Below are positions 1 through 19,799 of a stretch of DNA of 64,000 nt, in pieces. Source of the stretch: the human T2T-CHM13v2.0 reference genome, Homo sapiens. A program made the translations under genes and the position numbers. The DNA is taken from assembly GCF_009914755.1 (NCBI RefSeq), contig NC_060937.1; one strand, 5' to 3'. Under the pieces are notes generated by a model. It saw only the letters and a list, made by a program, of their open reading frames with translations, was not told the origin of the DNA and ran no database searches. Position 1 is the stretch's first letter, and every line of letters starts with the position of its first letter.

Positions 1-377
1 GGACCCCTTTGAACTTAACAAGCACCTATTTGTGGAGCAGACTGGCTAATGAAAGGAAATTAAATTTTTCTGACAACTTCCCCTGCCAACCTCCTTATTC
101 AGGGGATGTTATTAGGTACTGAAGAACTTTAAGGAAGATTTTTTTTTATTAGACATAAGTGAACCAGTTATAAACATCCCCCCCCGCCCCCTTCTCGGAG
201 GATTCTGACATGGTTGCTCTACATTTTAAACGTATTAGCTTAAAAGCTTAAAAAACACTGGGCTTCACTTCAGCATTTTAGTCATTTTCTAAAAATTCAG
301 TCACACTTACCAGCTGTGGTTTCAAAACAATATTGTCAGTCTTTGTGGTAGTTTAGTTTGTGTCACTGAATTACACA

Positions 378-421
378 AACACACACACACACACACACAC
401 CCCACACATACCCACACACAC
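378..421. repeat. (CA)n microsatellite, interrupted
   Basis: Direct reading. Confidence 0.9.
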
Positions 422-1327
422 GAAGGAGGCTTAGATTTCAACATTATCTTTATTGTTATTTGGGGAAATGATTCAGCAGTGTCCTGTGTTGGATGTGTTA
501 GGTGAGGGTTAATGATCAGTGAAATTACTTAGATTCAAGGGAAGTTTTTGTCTTTTCATCTTCTTAGAGGTAGAAGTGGCATTGGTTAATATTTAGCAAT
601 AACTAATCCTTAAATGGATAAACTTTTACCCCTTACTGTTTAGGAAGGTATTTTCTTTCTTTTGCTTTTTGGAGTTTTTTCCTCCAGTAGTTGGTTCGTT
701 GAAATTAAAGTTTTTTTTTAATTTATGTAACAAGATACAATTGTAGAGATAAAATATGTACCTGAAAAAAAAAAAAAAGAAAGAAACAATAGAAAAGAAA
801 AGGTAATGCAGATTACCAAAAGGATTTTTTGGAACAATTCGTAATTCCTGTAGGTACTGGAAATTAACTTTCATATTTCTGCAAAATCGATCAACTACTC
901 CCAAACAATAGAGAATCAACTCCCCCTGCTGACAGAATCTAGGAAAACATGACACATAATATTGGACAGAAACAAGCTGGCTGCGGACAAGCTTTAATGA
1001 CCTGATTTATGATTCAGTATTGATTGTAAACATCTAAATTCTGCCATTAAATTCCGGCAACTGCACCAAATCATTGGCAATTCTGGTAGTGCTTCCTGCC
1101 AGCTCATTTCAACTGCTTTGAGTTTCTTAATATAATAATGATGAGGTAGAATTTACATTCCACTTATGGTATTAATTTTACATTTCTCTGAATGAAAAGG
1201 GTTAGAAGGTAGTAAAATTGAACATTAAATGAATCGGAGGAGACAGTAGTGCAATATATGACTGCCCTAAAGACATTGTGCAATGCCTCATGGGATTAAT
1301 GTTGAGTCTCATTTCCTGCTTTTACAG

Positions 1328-1364
1328 GATGCAGAAGAAGCTGTCAGAATTGCAAGGGAAATTG
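1328..1364 (+). CDS. PCCA: PCCA coding exon (37 nt, probably exon 8)
   Basis: tttcctgcttttacag|GAT...ATT G|gtaagt; encodes DAEEAVRIAREI(G); phase 0 to 1; joins the next exon in frame. Confidence 0.95.
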
Positions 1365-1859
1365 GTAAGTCCTTAAATTAACTTTGGTAGGATTTCTGTG
1401 TCTTTCAGCAGATACGGTTGAGTCAACAGGTAATAAGTAATTCCCATAGAGCAAATAATACTTTAATAGTTTTAGATTTTGATTACTTGTTGCTCTGGAA
1501 GAATGTATCAGTTGAATTGCCAAATTCTATTATTAAAGGAGACTGTAAAGAGTAATTTGACCTTAACTATACATAACTCTTTTGTAAGATGAGATCACAG
1601 GCTAATTCAAAGAAGGAATTGTCTTAAGAATTCTAAAGATTGGATATAAGTTTAATGTCAATTTATATGTACATAGTTGAATGTGGTTTGTTAAAATTAA
1701 GAACATTTGGATTAAAATGAAGATACCATATGTGACATAGTTCTTTAAGTTTTTGCCTTTTGCTAAGATGTTAGGTATCAACTTAATCTTGTTAGATGGG
1801 AAAGATAAAATAGATGTGGGAAATTAGAACTGAATGATCTAAATTGGAATAAAAGGTAG

Positions 1860-2257
<398 letters not shown>

Positions 2258-3362
2258 TAATTTTAAAAATATTCTTGGCGGTCATGAGAACTATTTTTGG
2301 TATCTGCTAATTGAGAAAATGTGTAAGGGCATGCTATTATATGGATTAACAATATTGTTAAATAACTTTGCAGGTTTAATAATCAAATCAGTAATTGTAT
2401 ACATTTGACAGAAATTTGTACAGATGAGAGAAATTAGGCAATGCTTGTAGGGATCCCAGCGTCTTCTCAGCATTCCTGTACGCCTCAGTCCAAGCATCTC
2501 ATCGTGCCACACGAACATTTCTGTAGGCCTGTTTTCTCACTAAGATTATTTAGATCTATTTTCTGCCTCTAGAGAGCATTTGATTTGGCAAAGCTCATAT
2601 AGTTGTGATATGTAGAAATATCTTATTGGTCTGGAAGTGATCACTTGTACTAGTAAGCGTGTTCTTTGCAAATGGGACAGTCTAACTTAGCAGGTCTTTA
2701 GTGACCTGAAAAGCAGTTTGGCTTATTGCACCCTTGTTTGTAGTTGGTACTGTCTAAATTATTTGGGCTTTGCCCATCATTAAGTGTGTTTTGTTGTTTG
2801 CTTTGCAAAAATCTATCTTATTGATATAGGTCCTGGATTTAAGACCAGACCATAGAAAATCTTATTTTATCTGACTACCTCATCTCTTCATTTTTTTTTT
2901 CAGAATCATTAACATTTCAAAAAGCCTATCAGTACTTCATAGGAACATTTGCTCGACTGCTAAATAAACTGGACTATATAGAACTGATTCTGTGGTTTCT
3001 TTATGGAGAAAAATCAAAAGTTTCTGTTCATGGTTTGAAATCACTGGTATTCCTCATTGCCTAAGAGGCATATAATATACCTACTGGCTTTTGAGGATAG
3101 TTTTCTAAAATAGTTTAATTCCATCCTGTCAGACATCTTTACATTTAAAAAGCTCTTTTTCTAGTTCTAGGTTAGATATTATTATCAACCTCATTGGATA
3201 TAATAATACTGTTATTATTATTATTACAGTATCTACATAAAGGACAATATTTAGAGAAATTTAGGGAAATAAAGGGATTAGAAGAAAATTTACAGTTACA
3301 CTGCAGTGCCACATTTTGAATGGTGAATTTTGGACTTGCGAGCATTCCCTTTGTGTAAATAG

Positions 3363-3725
<363 letters not shown>

Positions 3726-4629
3726 ATTTTCCACTTTCGTTATAACCTGTCACCTTTAAGATAACCAGCTCATCATGATGGGCCTCTGTCTAACTAGTTC
3801 TCATCACTTTGCTTTCCTCCCTCAATATTTTAATGCTGTGCTTTACCTCCTTTTCATTTTTTATTTTTTCCTACTGAAGTTACCTAATCTAATCTAAGTC
3901 TTTTTTCTTTGTACTTGGGCACATCCTTTATGACTCCTTTCTCTTTCCTGTCCTTCTTCTAATTCTTCCCCAATTACTCTCTCTTGCTTGTGAAATAAAT
4001 GATAGCAATCATGGCTATTAAGTATAAGAGTACTGGTGTTTTGCTTATACTGAAAGAAAGGGAAACCATAAAATTTGAGGTAAAATAAACCATAAAGAAC
4101 TAGGGTCATCAGCTCTTACAAAGCTTTTAGAATTTCTCTGAAAATCTCTTCTGAATCACCTCAGAAGCCTCGCATAAAATCTTTTCCTTGAAGTGCTACT
4201 TTCTAAAGTAAATTAAATTATGTTTTATTAAAGTCTGTTGGCTTTCTGTGTTGTTTGATATTTCGTAAGTTTTTTACTACTGATTTTATTGAGATATATC
4301 ACATTTTAACTATGATTATGATTCCATGTGAAAATGTGTTCCTAGTTCTAAACAACTGATTTATAATCAAACCTTTGAACCTATCCATTTGTAAGTTGTT
4401 GATTGTCCATGTGTTATACCTATTCATAGAGTTCTCTCTTAATTCTTTCTGTGTTATGTGATGAAAATGAAGTTTATCCTGTTTTATGTGATTTCCTCCT
4501 CTCTCATGTCTTTGCTTTTCTTCTGGAAACATTAATCTATGCTGCCAAAGTAGGAAACTCACTGTATTGAGCATTGATGAATTAAGTGCCTTTTACATAA
4601 TGGTAACTCCAGTTTATGGAGCATTTCTT

Positions 4630-4830
4630 CCTAAGGCCAGGCACTTTGGAAATGTTGTTTCTAATGCTAATTCTTGGGTTTAATCATTTTTGTTTACATT
4701 TAAGGAAACTAATGATTAGAAATGGTAAGTAATTTGCTCAAGGTCACAGAACTATCGAGTGGTGGACCCTGGTTTAAATTTAGGTTTATTTGACTCCAAA
4801 GACCACAGACTTTTTATTATACTGTGTCTA
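4630..4830 (+). mobile_element. MIR fragment
   Basis: Core resembles aggaaactgagg...aagtaacttgcccaaggtcacacag. Confidence 0.6.
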
Positions 4831-5329
4831 AACCAATGGGATTAGAGGATGGCAGCTAAAATTTGAGCGACTACTTTGTGTAAAATACTGTAAGGTACTC
4901 AAATGTGTTATACATGGAATTAAAGAAGCAGACAGTCTCCTATCCTTGATGAGGTGAGAGACAGTTAAGACTTAATATGTTACTTGTATGTATTTGTTTT
5001 TTGGACTACCTAGTTTCTCTCATTCTTGTTCCTGATTTTTTACTTTGACCTATCTAAGTTGAGAGATACAGAGCTATTGATCCTCAGTTTGTCTTTAACC
5101 TCAATGATAGACAACAGTAATCAGTGAGCTTGATTTCCATTGAAGTTTGATCTTTTTACTGGGCCAAAGGTCCTTAATACAATCAAGTCAAAATTGATTC
5201 TTGAAAGGAAAATAAATTGTGAATCTAAAACCTGTCCTTTAACAACTTCCAGATTATTCAGATTCTTTTCCTTTGCTTGTCTTTCTCACAATCACAAATC
5301 ATGCCCAATTTAAATAAAAACTTTTTTTT

Positions 5330-5850
5330 TTGATCCTCAGGTCTACCATACTACAAACCTACTTCTCCCAGAATTTCCAAATCTCAATAAATGTCACCCC
5401 TTTCAGTCAGGCCAAAACTGAGTCTCTCCTGGATGCCTCTTTTCCTCATCATCCTGTTGTAAATACATCAATAGGCATTGTCAGTTCATCTTATATACAC
5501 TGTCTTCATTACTACCACTCTCCTCCAAACTACTTTTGTCTTTTGCAGGGACTGTGGCAATAGTTTCTTTACTTCATTTCTTAAACATTTCACATAGCTG
5601 ACAGTGAGATATTTAAAATCTTTAAAGAACAAGGATATATTTCATCTCATCCCAGCCCATTTCTGCTTTAAATTCTGTAATGACTCCATTGAACTTAGAT
5701 AAAAATCACAATTCTTTACTCTGACTACTATCCCTATGTAATTTGACACCTGCTTTTCTCTCCAGTCTTATTGTATACTACTCCCTTCTCTGCCTCCCAT
5801 ACTTCAGTCACATTAGCTTACTTGAACACAGCAAATTTCAGGGCCTTAGG
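5330..5850 (-). mobile_element. L2 fragment
   Basis: Degenerate match to L2 3' region. Confidence 0.5.
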
Positions 5851-6559
5851 ATAAGTTTTTTTTTTTTTTTAATCTTTTGCGGGGTGAAGAGGGATGGCAG
5901 GACCTAGCAGACTCTTGCTGATATCTTCACAAAAATAGCTCCTTGCAGTCTTTCATATCTTAGCCTAAGTATCATGTCTTCAAGAGAAGATTCTCTAATA
6001 CTGCCACCCAGTCATTCTCTGTCTTATAACTATTTTCTAAATTTCTGCATAGTATTCATGACTTGCAGATTTTTTTTATTCATAAACTTTTCTCCAAGTA
6101 TTTTATTTTGAAAAATTTCAATCATACGGCATTTTGAAATAATTGTTACGGTTTATACTCGTATACCCAACACTAAGATCCCACTATTAACCTTTTTCTA
6201 GATTTGCTTTACCACTTATCTGTTCATATACTAATCCATTTTATTTTTGTTGCATTTCAGAGTAAATTGCACAACCAGTATATGTCCCATTAAATACTTC
6301 AACATGTGTTATTAATTGAATTCAGTATTTGTATACAGTTTTGTTATTTTGATGCCAAATTTGCACACAATATAATGTGAACAAATCTTAAGTGTGTATT
6401 TGTGGATTTTGACATATGCATATATATATATAACTTAGAATCCCACCAAGGTGCTGAACATACTATTTCCCTGGAGATTTCCCTCATGATCCTTCCAAGT
6501 CAGTTCTCGCCTACCCCCTGGCCTGCAGGTAACTTGTTCAGATTTTTATACTAAAGATT

Positions 6560-7600
<1,041 letters not shown>

Positions 7601-8090
7601 AGCAGAGGGAAGAATAGATTAAAAAAAGTGACTCAACTATATGCTGTCTATAAGAAACTCACTTTAGATGCAGAGACACAAATAGGTTGAAAGTGAAAGG
7701 AAGGAAAAAGATATCCCATGTAAATAGTAACCAAAAGAGAGCTGGGGTGGCATACTAATGTCAGACAAGATAAACTTTAAGTCCAAAACTATTCTAAGAG
7801 ACAAAGAAGGGCATTTTATATTGATTAACAATTACAAATGTATATGCACCAGGAAACATGGCCCTAAAATATTTGAGATAAACATTGACGGAATTGAAGG
7901 GAGAAACAGACTAATTCTACAATAGTAGTTGGAGACTTTAATAGCACACTATAAGTAATGGATGCAACATCTAGAGAGATCAGTAAGGGAGGGAATAGAG
8001 GACTTGAACAGCACTATATACTAATTAGACCTTATGGATATATAATGACCATTCTACCCAATAACAATATAAGGCACATTTTTCTCAAGT
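7601..8090 (+). mobile_element. L1M ORF2 endonuclease-region fragment
   Basis: ctatatgctgtcta...gaaactcactt...tggagactttaa matches the start of L1 ORF2 (ICCLQETH, GDFN). Confidence 0.75.
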
Positions 8091-8375
8091 AACTATTAAA
8101 AGAGGAAAGGAGTGATGATTGAGTTAAAATAATTGTTAAAGAAAAAGAAAATATAATAACAAACAGGAGCAATATCTCATAAAGTGTTGCCCATGACTCG
8201 CAATGTTCCCAAGACTTAGTTTGATATAGAAATATTTTTCCCCGCATGTACTGATTTATATTGATGGATTGCTCTTTTCTTAAAATAGTATAGGATTCTC
8301 TGCAATATATAAATTTTATTTTTCTTTGCAAATGATTGCTTTATATTAATTTGATTACTATTTTATAGTAAAATT

Positions 8376-8682
8376 TTTGTTGTGGTGGTGGTTGTTTTTT
8401 GAGACAGAGTCTCATTCTGTTGCCCAGGCTGGAGGGCAGTGGTGTGATCTCAGCTCACTGCAACCTCTGCCTCCTGGGTTCAAGCGATTCATCTGCCTTA
8501 GCCCCCACTTAGCTGGGACTACAGGCATGCACCACCACGCCTGGCTAATTTTTGTATTTTTAATAGATACAAGGTTTCACCATGTTGGCCAGACTAGTCT
8601 GAAACTCCTGACCTCAAGTGCTCCCCCTGCCTTGGCCTCCCAAAGTGCTGGGATTACAAGTGTAAGCCACCACATCTGGCTG
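8376..8682 (-). mobile_element. AluS
   Basis: Antisense Alu; about 21-bp TSD ttactatttt(a/g)tagtaaaatt. Confidence 0.9.
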
Positions 8683-10414
8683 GTTACTATTTTGTAGTAA
8701 AATTGACCATGAGTTAGTTTTCTTTGTATTTCTAATACTTAATGCTTGTTACAGAGTATATATTCAGCAAGTGGTTATTTGGTGAATAAATCAAAATGAA
8801 ATATGTATATATATGTATAGAAATGAATTAAGCAATCACATATTTAAAGTTCTTTTGTAATATTTATAGACCAGAATTTGACTATAATTTTCTCCCTTTT
8901 CCCCCTTAATCTTCAATTTTATAATAGAGATACCTGGGGAAAAAAAGGAATATTAAGCAAAACATGATAAACTTTCAGCAAATAGATAATTGAAACAAAA
9001 TGATCTAGGATTATTCAAATAAATTCAGTATATACTTGTTAGTGACTACTAGTCATCAATTCTTGTAGGCTGTCCTTGTGTTCATTAGGCTGGACTAATA
9101 GAAATTTATAGGAATCTAAGATTCAAATGTATGAAAGTCTTTTACTGAACCTTATTGCCTTTACACCAGCCTGTTCCCATGACATCTTATGTTCTTTGAA
9201 AGTCTGGCTCTCCCATTTGACTTATTTTACTATTAGTCTTCTGATGTAGTGTGTCTGCCCTGTCTCTGCGTAGTGTGTGGGGGCTATATGGTAGTCCTTT
9301 CTTTTCTGCCCTGGCTGTTTGCCTTTGCCTATTCTTCTCATCTTCCTTTTGGCATAATACAACATTTTTTTAAAAAGTTACTTTTGTTGCTTATATACAA
9401 CCAATAATTCATACTTAAGAGGGATAAAAATATGTGGCTAAGTCAGGAATCTTTTTATTTTGTCTATTTCATGCAGCTTAGAAAAATTTTCACATGTTAT
9501 ATATGACTCTGGGGTTAAGGTTATATGGAAGAAACCTTTGCAAAAACATTACAATTTATACCTTCTTCACAATCTTACATCTTGTTAATTTATTTGCCAA
9601 TTTCGTCTTCAGGAGAAGACATTTAATATTTAAGGAGATTGAATAACGCCTAAGGAAAAGTTATGTTAAAGAAAATGGCATTAAAATAATCTATGTGAAA
9701 TCCATTAAATAATGAGATGTATATTTTGCTGTTTTCCTATTATTGAAGTGATGTGGTCATTTGAGATTAGAATGATATTCCCTGGGAGACAGGAACTTGT
9801 GTTCTGTGGCTTTTTTTCTTCTTTCTTTTCCAATGGGTGCTTATATTTTCTTTTATTATTCCAACATGCACATTTGGGTTTAAGCATAATTTCACAAGTT
9901 CTTTTTCTGTCTTTTACTGTTAAATTTGCTGTTTCTGTCTCCCTTTATTTCTCTCAGTCCTTCATCTTCTTTCTCTTGTTTTATTGTTAGTCATTCGTGA
10001 ATACCATTTTTTTCCTTTTTCTATTACTCTGTTGGAAAAGGCTGTGCATAACATTCAGGCAGGAATGTGGAAACACATTGTAATGTGAAAAAAACATTGC
10101 TTTTTTTGTTTGGAAACTTCCTGTGTGTGAAGCGTTTTGCTCTAATCTGGGCACTGAAATGCACTGATTTCCGATCCCTGGAGCAGAGTTAGGGATCTAG
10201 TATTTTTATTTGCCTAAGTAGAGAGAAATAGGCAGGCAAAATCAGTTTTTCCTTTCTCTGCCAAAGAAATAGTGTCATAAAATAGTGTCATGTATTGGTT
10301 TGTTTAGTGTATAATACATCTGGATTATATTTTTGTAGGTACTGAATATTGATTCTTATTTAAATATGTTTATATAGTTATTTGTATATATGTGTATGAC
10401 AGACTGAGGAAAGG

Positions 10415-10415
<1 letters not shown>

Positions 10416-10451
<36 letters not shown>
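10416..10451. repeat. (TG)n microsatellite
   Basis: Direct reading. Confidence 0.95.
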
Positions 10452-10454
<3 letters not shown>

Positions 10455-11339
10455 AGTAGTAGAGATGTGGATAAATCATAGACTCCAACATATATATGTT
10501 TACTAGTTACTGGATAATTACAGACCCCAAATAGTATTGATGCAAATGTGCATCACCTCAGTCTGAGGTCTGCCAACTCGAATGATACTCCAAAACTAAA
10601 CTGATAATGATGAAACTAAATATAACTATTTTGTGATTTAAAGAGAGCAATAAAATCAGTGGAAAATTATGATCAAATAAAAAATGAGTAATGCATTGAT
10701 AGTAGAGTGTATTTCCCCAATTTGTTTGAATTTAAACTGTTTCCTTGTTTGTATCTACAGCAGGAATTTTTCAGTGTTAGTCACATGGTGCATGGCAGCC
10801 AAATTTCCCAGTAGATTCTGAACTAGATTCCTTGGAAAACTCTAGTAATATGCTAAATTTAATTGGAGTTTGTGGAGTTGTCATTAGTTCACCAGACCTC
10901 GACTATACCACATTTTTACAGCCCCTCTCCTGTCACTTTAAACAACACAGATTTAGTTTTTCTTCATTCTGTGTGTTCAATTCTCATTCGTCAGGTTGTA
11001 GGGTGAGAAGGAGGCATTTTGTTCTATGCTATCCTTATTCAGTGGCTAAGGCTGATGGAGTTTCCACCATCTGCAATGTCATAGATTACAGAGGCAGGAC
11101 ACAGAAAAGCCTCAGTTTTGGTAATCATCAATAAGACATTCTTCATGACAAGGTGTTTACTATTATATCTCATTGTGTGGCTTTGAAATTTGCAGATTGT
11201 CACCACCATCTCCTAAATATTTCTTGAATTTATCTACTTCTCTGCATTTCTGTTGCTATTCTCTTTGTTTAAGGTAGTGTCATCCCTTGCCTACATCACT
11301 GTAACAGCTTTTGAAATGTACTCCTCTTATCATAGCTTG

Positions 11340-11690
11340 TAATCCCTTGGAGGTAGACTCTGGAAGCTTATTGGGGGAAATAATTTTGGGACCAATACCT
11401 GAGGGGGAATGAAGGAAACTGAGCCAAGGGAAAAGTTGAATTGATTCTCTCTCAACAAAGCCATCAGCTAATAATTTAGAGAGCTGTGAATATTTGTTGG
11501 TCTTTTTTAGTTGTTCCAAGTTCGGGCAAGAGGATTCAGCCTTTATACACCTGTATCAACTATCTAGGGGGTGTGGGCTGCCCCTAGGAAGGGGCATGAC
11601 CTTAGGCAGAAAGCCGAGGACAAGTCAGCTTTTGGTTGACAATACTTACAACAGTTGGGGCAATGTCCTGAACTAGGGATCTGGGCAGAA
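11340..11690. mobile_element. Old MaLR (MLT1-like) LTR
   Basis: Degenerate resemblance to MLT1 consensus. Confidence 0.4.
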
Positions 11691-11804
11691 AACTGTACTT
11701 AATAACTTTGAGATATATTTTTCATGATTGTTCATTTCTAAGTAATTTCAGATTTCTGCTATGATTTTGACTCATATGTTATTTGGTGATGTATTTTAAT
11801 TCTT

Positions 11805-12135
<331 letters not shown>

Positions 12136-12387
12136 TGAAAAAAAAATAGTTTTTTATTATTATTGATTTCTAACTTAATTGCTTTGTGGTCAGAGAGTAT
12201 CATGTTTTTCATTTAAAAATCTTTCAGATTTGATGAAAATTGCTTTATGGCTAAGGAATAAGTCACTCTGATACATATTCTGTATGTTCCTGAAAAGAGT
12301 GTATATTCTCAAATTATTATATGCAATGTCTTATAGAAAACTCAAGAGGTCAAACCTACCTATTGGGATATTCAAAACTTCTAGTGA

Positions 12388-13347
<960 letters not shown>

Positions 13348-13919
13348 TGATTTTCCAATTTTTCCTTGCTCGTTAGGTTTTGTCCCTGTTTAGATAATAG
13401 GTGTATTACAGTGTATCGTGTTTCCTTGGCTATCAAAACATAATGACCAATTTTTGTTTTCAAGTCTAATTATGATATTAATATTCCTAAACAAGCTTAT
13501 TTTTGTTTTATCCTTGTATCATTCTTTATCTTTTTCATCTGCCAGTGAACTGTTGTTTTAGGTGTGTCTCTTGTAAGTGCACATCTAAATTTGGACTGGA
13601 TTTTTATTTTATTGTTTTTCTATTCAGCCTGCTGGAGCTTGTCTTTTAGCTGGAGAGTTTAGTCCATTTATATTTATTGTATTTAAAATTATATTTTGAT
13701 TTATTTATATAATCTACTTTTTGGGGGTTTTGTTTGTTCCATTCTTTGGATTCTGTTTTCTTTCTTGGCTTCTTTTTGATGACGACTTTAAAAAAAATGT
13801 CTCTTGTTCTTATTTTATGTCCCCTTCCCATTCCTCCCTCCACTATGTTGGAAATTTTATACTCTATTTCTATTGTTTCAGTGCTTGCTATAGAAATTTC
13901 AACTTGGAGACATTCCTTC

Positions 13920-15940
<2,021 letters not shown>

Positions 15941-18900
15941 TAGTCATTTTAATATCTAAAAACTTAATTTTAAAATGTTTGCTTTTTTCTTATTTATCTC
16001 ATCATGTTTATTTTTTTCTCCAAATCATTTTACCTGTTTGTAATAGCTGTAACTTATAATAGTATTTGTAACAACTGTTTTAAGAGTCTTCATTTCTGGG
16101 TTTCTTTCTGTCAGCTATTTTCCTTCTGATATGAATCACATTTTGCGTCTTTACCTGTCTCTTAATTGTTGATTGGATTCTAGACATTGTAAATGTTACA
16201 TTGTGTGTTTGGATTTTGTTACCTTTATTTAAAAGGTATAGATGTTTAGTCTGGCAGGTACATTAATTTTGTTTAGGTTAAGGCCTTTTAGGCTTTAAAA
16301 AAGTTTTCTTAGGGCAAGTCTAGCATAGTCCTTTCTCGTGTTCTGATTAAACAAGCTTGTATTATGCTGTCTCTCTACCCGTCACACTTCCTGTCCTTTG
16401 GTTCATAATTTCTATTTCATTATACGTCTATGGTTTTTTCGTAGTATAATGTAAACCCATGAAAGATGTAGGCAGGAGAGAGATATAATAGTATATATAC
16501 CTTAAGAAAATTTCACTGACCACTATGTGGCTTGGATGGGGGCAACTGTAGTAGTGGGGAGTTCTGCTAGTAGGCCAGTACAAGAGTCCTGGACTGCTGG
16601 TAGTTTGTGTAAGTATTATGATTAAGTATTATGATAACTGAGATAAAGAAAAGTGAATAGATTTGATCTTTTTAAATAAAGAATTTATAAGAGTTTCATA
16701 CTATCCAGCAGTTGTGCTCTTACACATAGATCCAGGAAGCTCATATACAAAGTTCCAGACAACAAGTACAAAAATATTCAAAGGACCATTGTTATATAAA
16801 TAGAACAGGTTACAGTCTGAATGTTCATTCACAGTGGAATGGATAATGCTGCAGTATGTTTGTAGGTGACATAGATTACAGCAGTAAAAATAATGACTTA
16901 CAGCTGCTCAGATTAACTAATAGATTTACTTAGTAACTCTTACTTTGCATGTTATTCTTTAGGCAGTTTCAGCCACTGCAGAAACAACAAAGAAGACAGG
17001 CAAAGATCTTTGTCTTTATGTTTTTTTAATCATTGTGCAGTGAACAATGTAGATATTGACTAAAGCAAGAATCATTAAAGTTCATTTTTAATAATGGGTG
17101 AAAATTGTTTGGATATAGGATCATCACAGTTTCAAAGTATCAATCTACAGATTATTTGCTAAGAAAAAATGGCATACTTTCTGTGAGGAAATTTAATGGA
17201 TGCCATCTTAAGTAATCAAGCTTTATCAGTTTGGGATAAATTGACTTTTTATTTTACTTTTGATGCGATAGAAGAACTCGAGGATACAATATCAACTATG
17301 TTGTATTTAAGATTTGTTAAACATCTTGAATTTAATGAGTGAATAATCAGGTATATTCAAATTGTGGAATATTCTATCAAACAACCACCCTGGGTTCTTC
17401 AGAAATATCATGGTCATGAAGAACTCCCCCCGCCATCAGCACAAAACAACAAACACAAACCCACACTTTCCCTTCTGGGGAGGCTGAGGGGGGTTCAAAA
17501 GGCAAGTGAACTACTTTACATTAGAGGAGCACAAAGAAACGAAACAAAGCAATGCGTACTATCTATGTAATTCTCATGAGCAACTTTCATCTGGGGATTT
17601 CCTTCCTTTCTGTCCTAGTTCTTTCTCGGAGTGGGGTGTCTTTTCTCTTCTGAGGTCCTATTACCCATATCAGGGCCTATTCTATCCATCTAGAGGACTG
17701 TTCAACTTCCTGAAATATCTTTTGTTTTCTTTTTACCTTGGACCTTTCCTTGAGGAAACAAAGGCCTTGTAGTTAATTATAGGTGTTTTGCAATTGGTTA
17801 TTTAAAGAAGATCCCCATTCCCCATCACATCTCCTTGATTCATGAGAGATTTCTGATTAGTACCGCTGGATTAGGAATAAGACATTTTCTAAGAAATACT
17901 TTTCTTTTCCCTTCTTTTTATTTTTCCTTTCCCATTAGTATATTCTATGAAATTTTAATTCAAGAAATTGTAGGTGAGAAAACCACATAAGATTCTTTAT
18001 TATACAGCGTACCACTGTTGCATCAATAGGGTGTCATTTTATCAGCTTTTAAGTTACCAGGTTGTGCTACCATGTGTGGCTTGGGTTTTGCTTGAAAAGT
18101 AAGGTTATTTATTGTGTCTTGAGTAGGTAAATGTGACATTATCAGTTGGTCAAAAAAGATAATTCTTTTTAACTTGGAATCCATAACTAAATGGAAAATC
18201 TCCTAAGCTCCTAGAATCTTCCTTCATTCATCCCCTTATCTTCCACATCCAAACTGTCGCTAACTCTAGTCTTTGTCTTTCTCTCTATCTCTGTTGCTAG
18301 CTGGACTGCTGCAAAGGCTTCCTCATCAGCTCCTTGTTTCTACCTTTGCCCTTTCACCATTCATTCATTGCACAGCAGCCAAAGTGATCTTTTAAAATGC
18401 TGTATTAGGTACTTCCCTTTCCTGTATCACACCTTCCAACTTGTTCCTTCTGTCTGGACTCATCCCCCCTCACTGATTTTCAGAGTGCTCGCTCTATCTT
18501 GTCATTAGGTTCTCAGTTTAAATACTAGTTTTCTCAGAGAAGCATTTTCAAGGAGCAGTAACCCTGTCACTCTCAGTTACATTTATTCCCTCCGTGTTAT
18601 AGCAGTCATCACTATCTTACATTGTGTATAAGACATACATGCACTTATTTATTTATATTAATATGTGTATATACATAAAGAAATACTGCAGCCTTGACCT
18701 CCTGGGCCCAAGCTGTCCCCCCAGCTCAGCCTCCCAAGTAGCCGGGATTAGAGGTGTGAGCCACTCCACCCGACTCAGACATATATTTAGATGCATGTAT
18801 GTTTGTATATCATTGTCTGCTAGATAGCAGGGAGTTTTCTGAATCGTTGGCCTTTGTAGCCTGCAGAGAGCCAGATAAGGCTTATAGTGTATATTCAGTA

Positions 18901-19426
18901 AACATTTTTTAAACTGATGAATACAAATTTGATAGTAGAGTTAGAAAGAAGGCTGCTTGCTTTGTGGTAGAAAGTAAGACGCACTGGTAGCTGGGAGGTG
19001 AGGGACCCAGAGAAGATGTCCTGTCCTGCACTTAAACCTGCCCTTGAAAACTGAGTCCAGAAAAGTAGCAATGGAAACTTTGTAGTACTTTGCTAACCTA
19101 AGTTTCTGTATTTTCTTCGTATATTTTGTCATATAGTATTAGTAGATTTCTTTTCGGAAGCATTAGTGCCTCTTTTATTGTGCAGAAGAGAATAAGGAGT
19201 GGAGACTGTCTCTGTGTTGGAGGTTCAGTGTCAGTAGGGGAGTCACTTCTGTGTCTGGGGTGAGGTAAGGTAGTAGCAGTAAGCATCCCATGAGAGGACC
19301 TGGAAGGTGAGGAAAAACTTGGGAAGGGCACTAGAGCCTGATTTTTTTTTTTTTTTTTAAAGCAGTCTCTTCTACTAGGACTTTCACCTCCTTTTACGAG
19401 TAGAATTTGTATTTTGTTATGCTCTG

Positions 19427-19799
19427 TGTATTAGTCCATTCTCACACTGCTAATAAATACATACCTGAGACTGGGTAGTGTATAAAGAAAAAGAGGTTTA
19501 ATGGGCTCACAGTTACACATGGCTGGGGAGGCCTCACGATCATGGTGGACGGTGAATTAAGAGCAAAGTCATGTCTTAACATGGCACCAGGCAAGAAGAG
19601 AATGAGTGCCAGCAGGGGAAATACCAGACACTTACGAAACCATCAGATCTCATGAGAACTCACTCACTATCACGAGGACAGTGTGGGGAAAACCGCCCTC
19701 ATGATTCAGTCACCTCCCGCCAGGTCCCTCCCACAGCACATGGGGATTATTACATTTCAAGATGAGATTTGGGTGGGGACACAGAGCCAACGCTTATCA
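19427..19799 (-). mobile_element. THE1/MST (MaLR) solo LTR
   Basis: TGTATTAGTCC...TATCA termini, gagatttgggtggggacacag motif, 5-bp TSD ctctg/ttctg. Confidence 0.9.
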
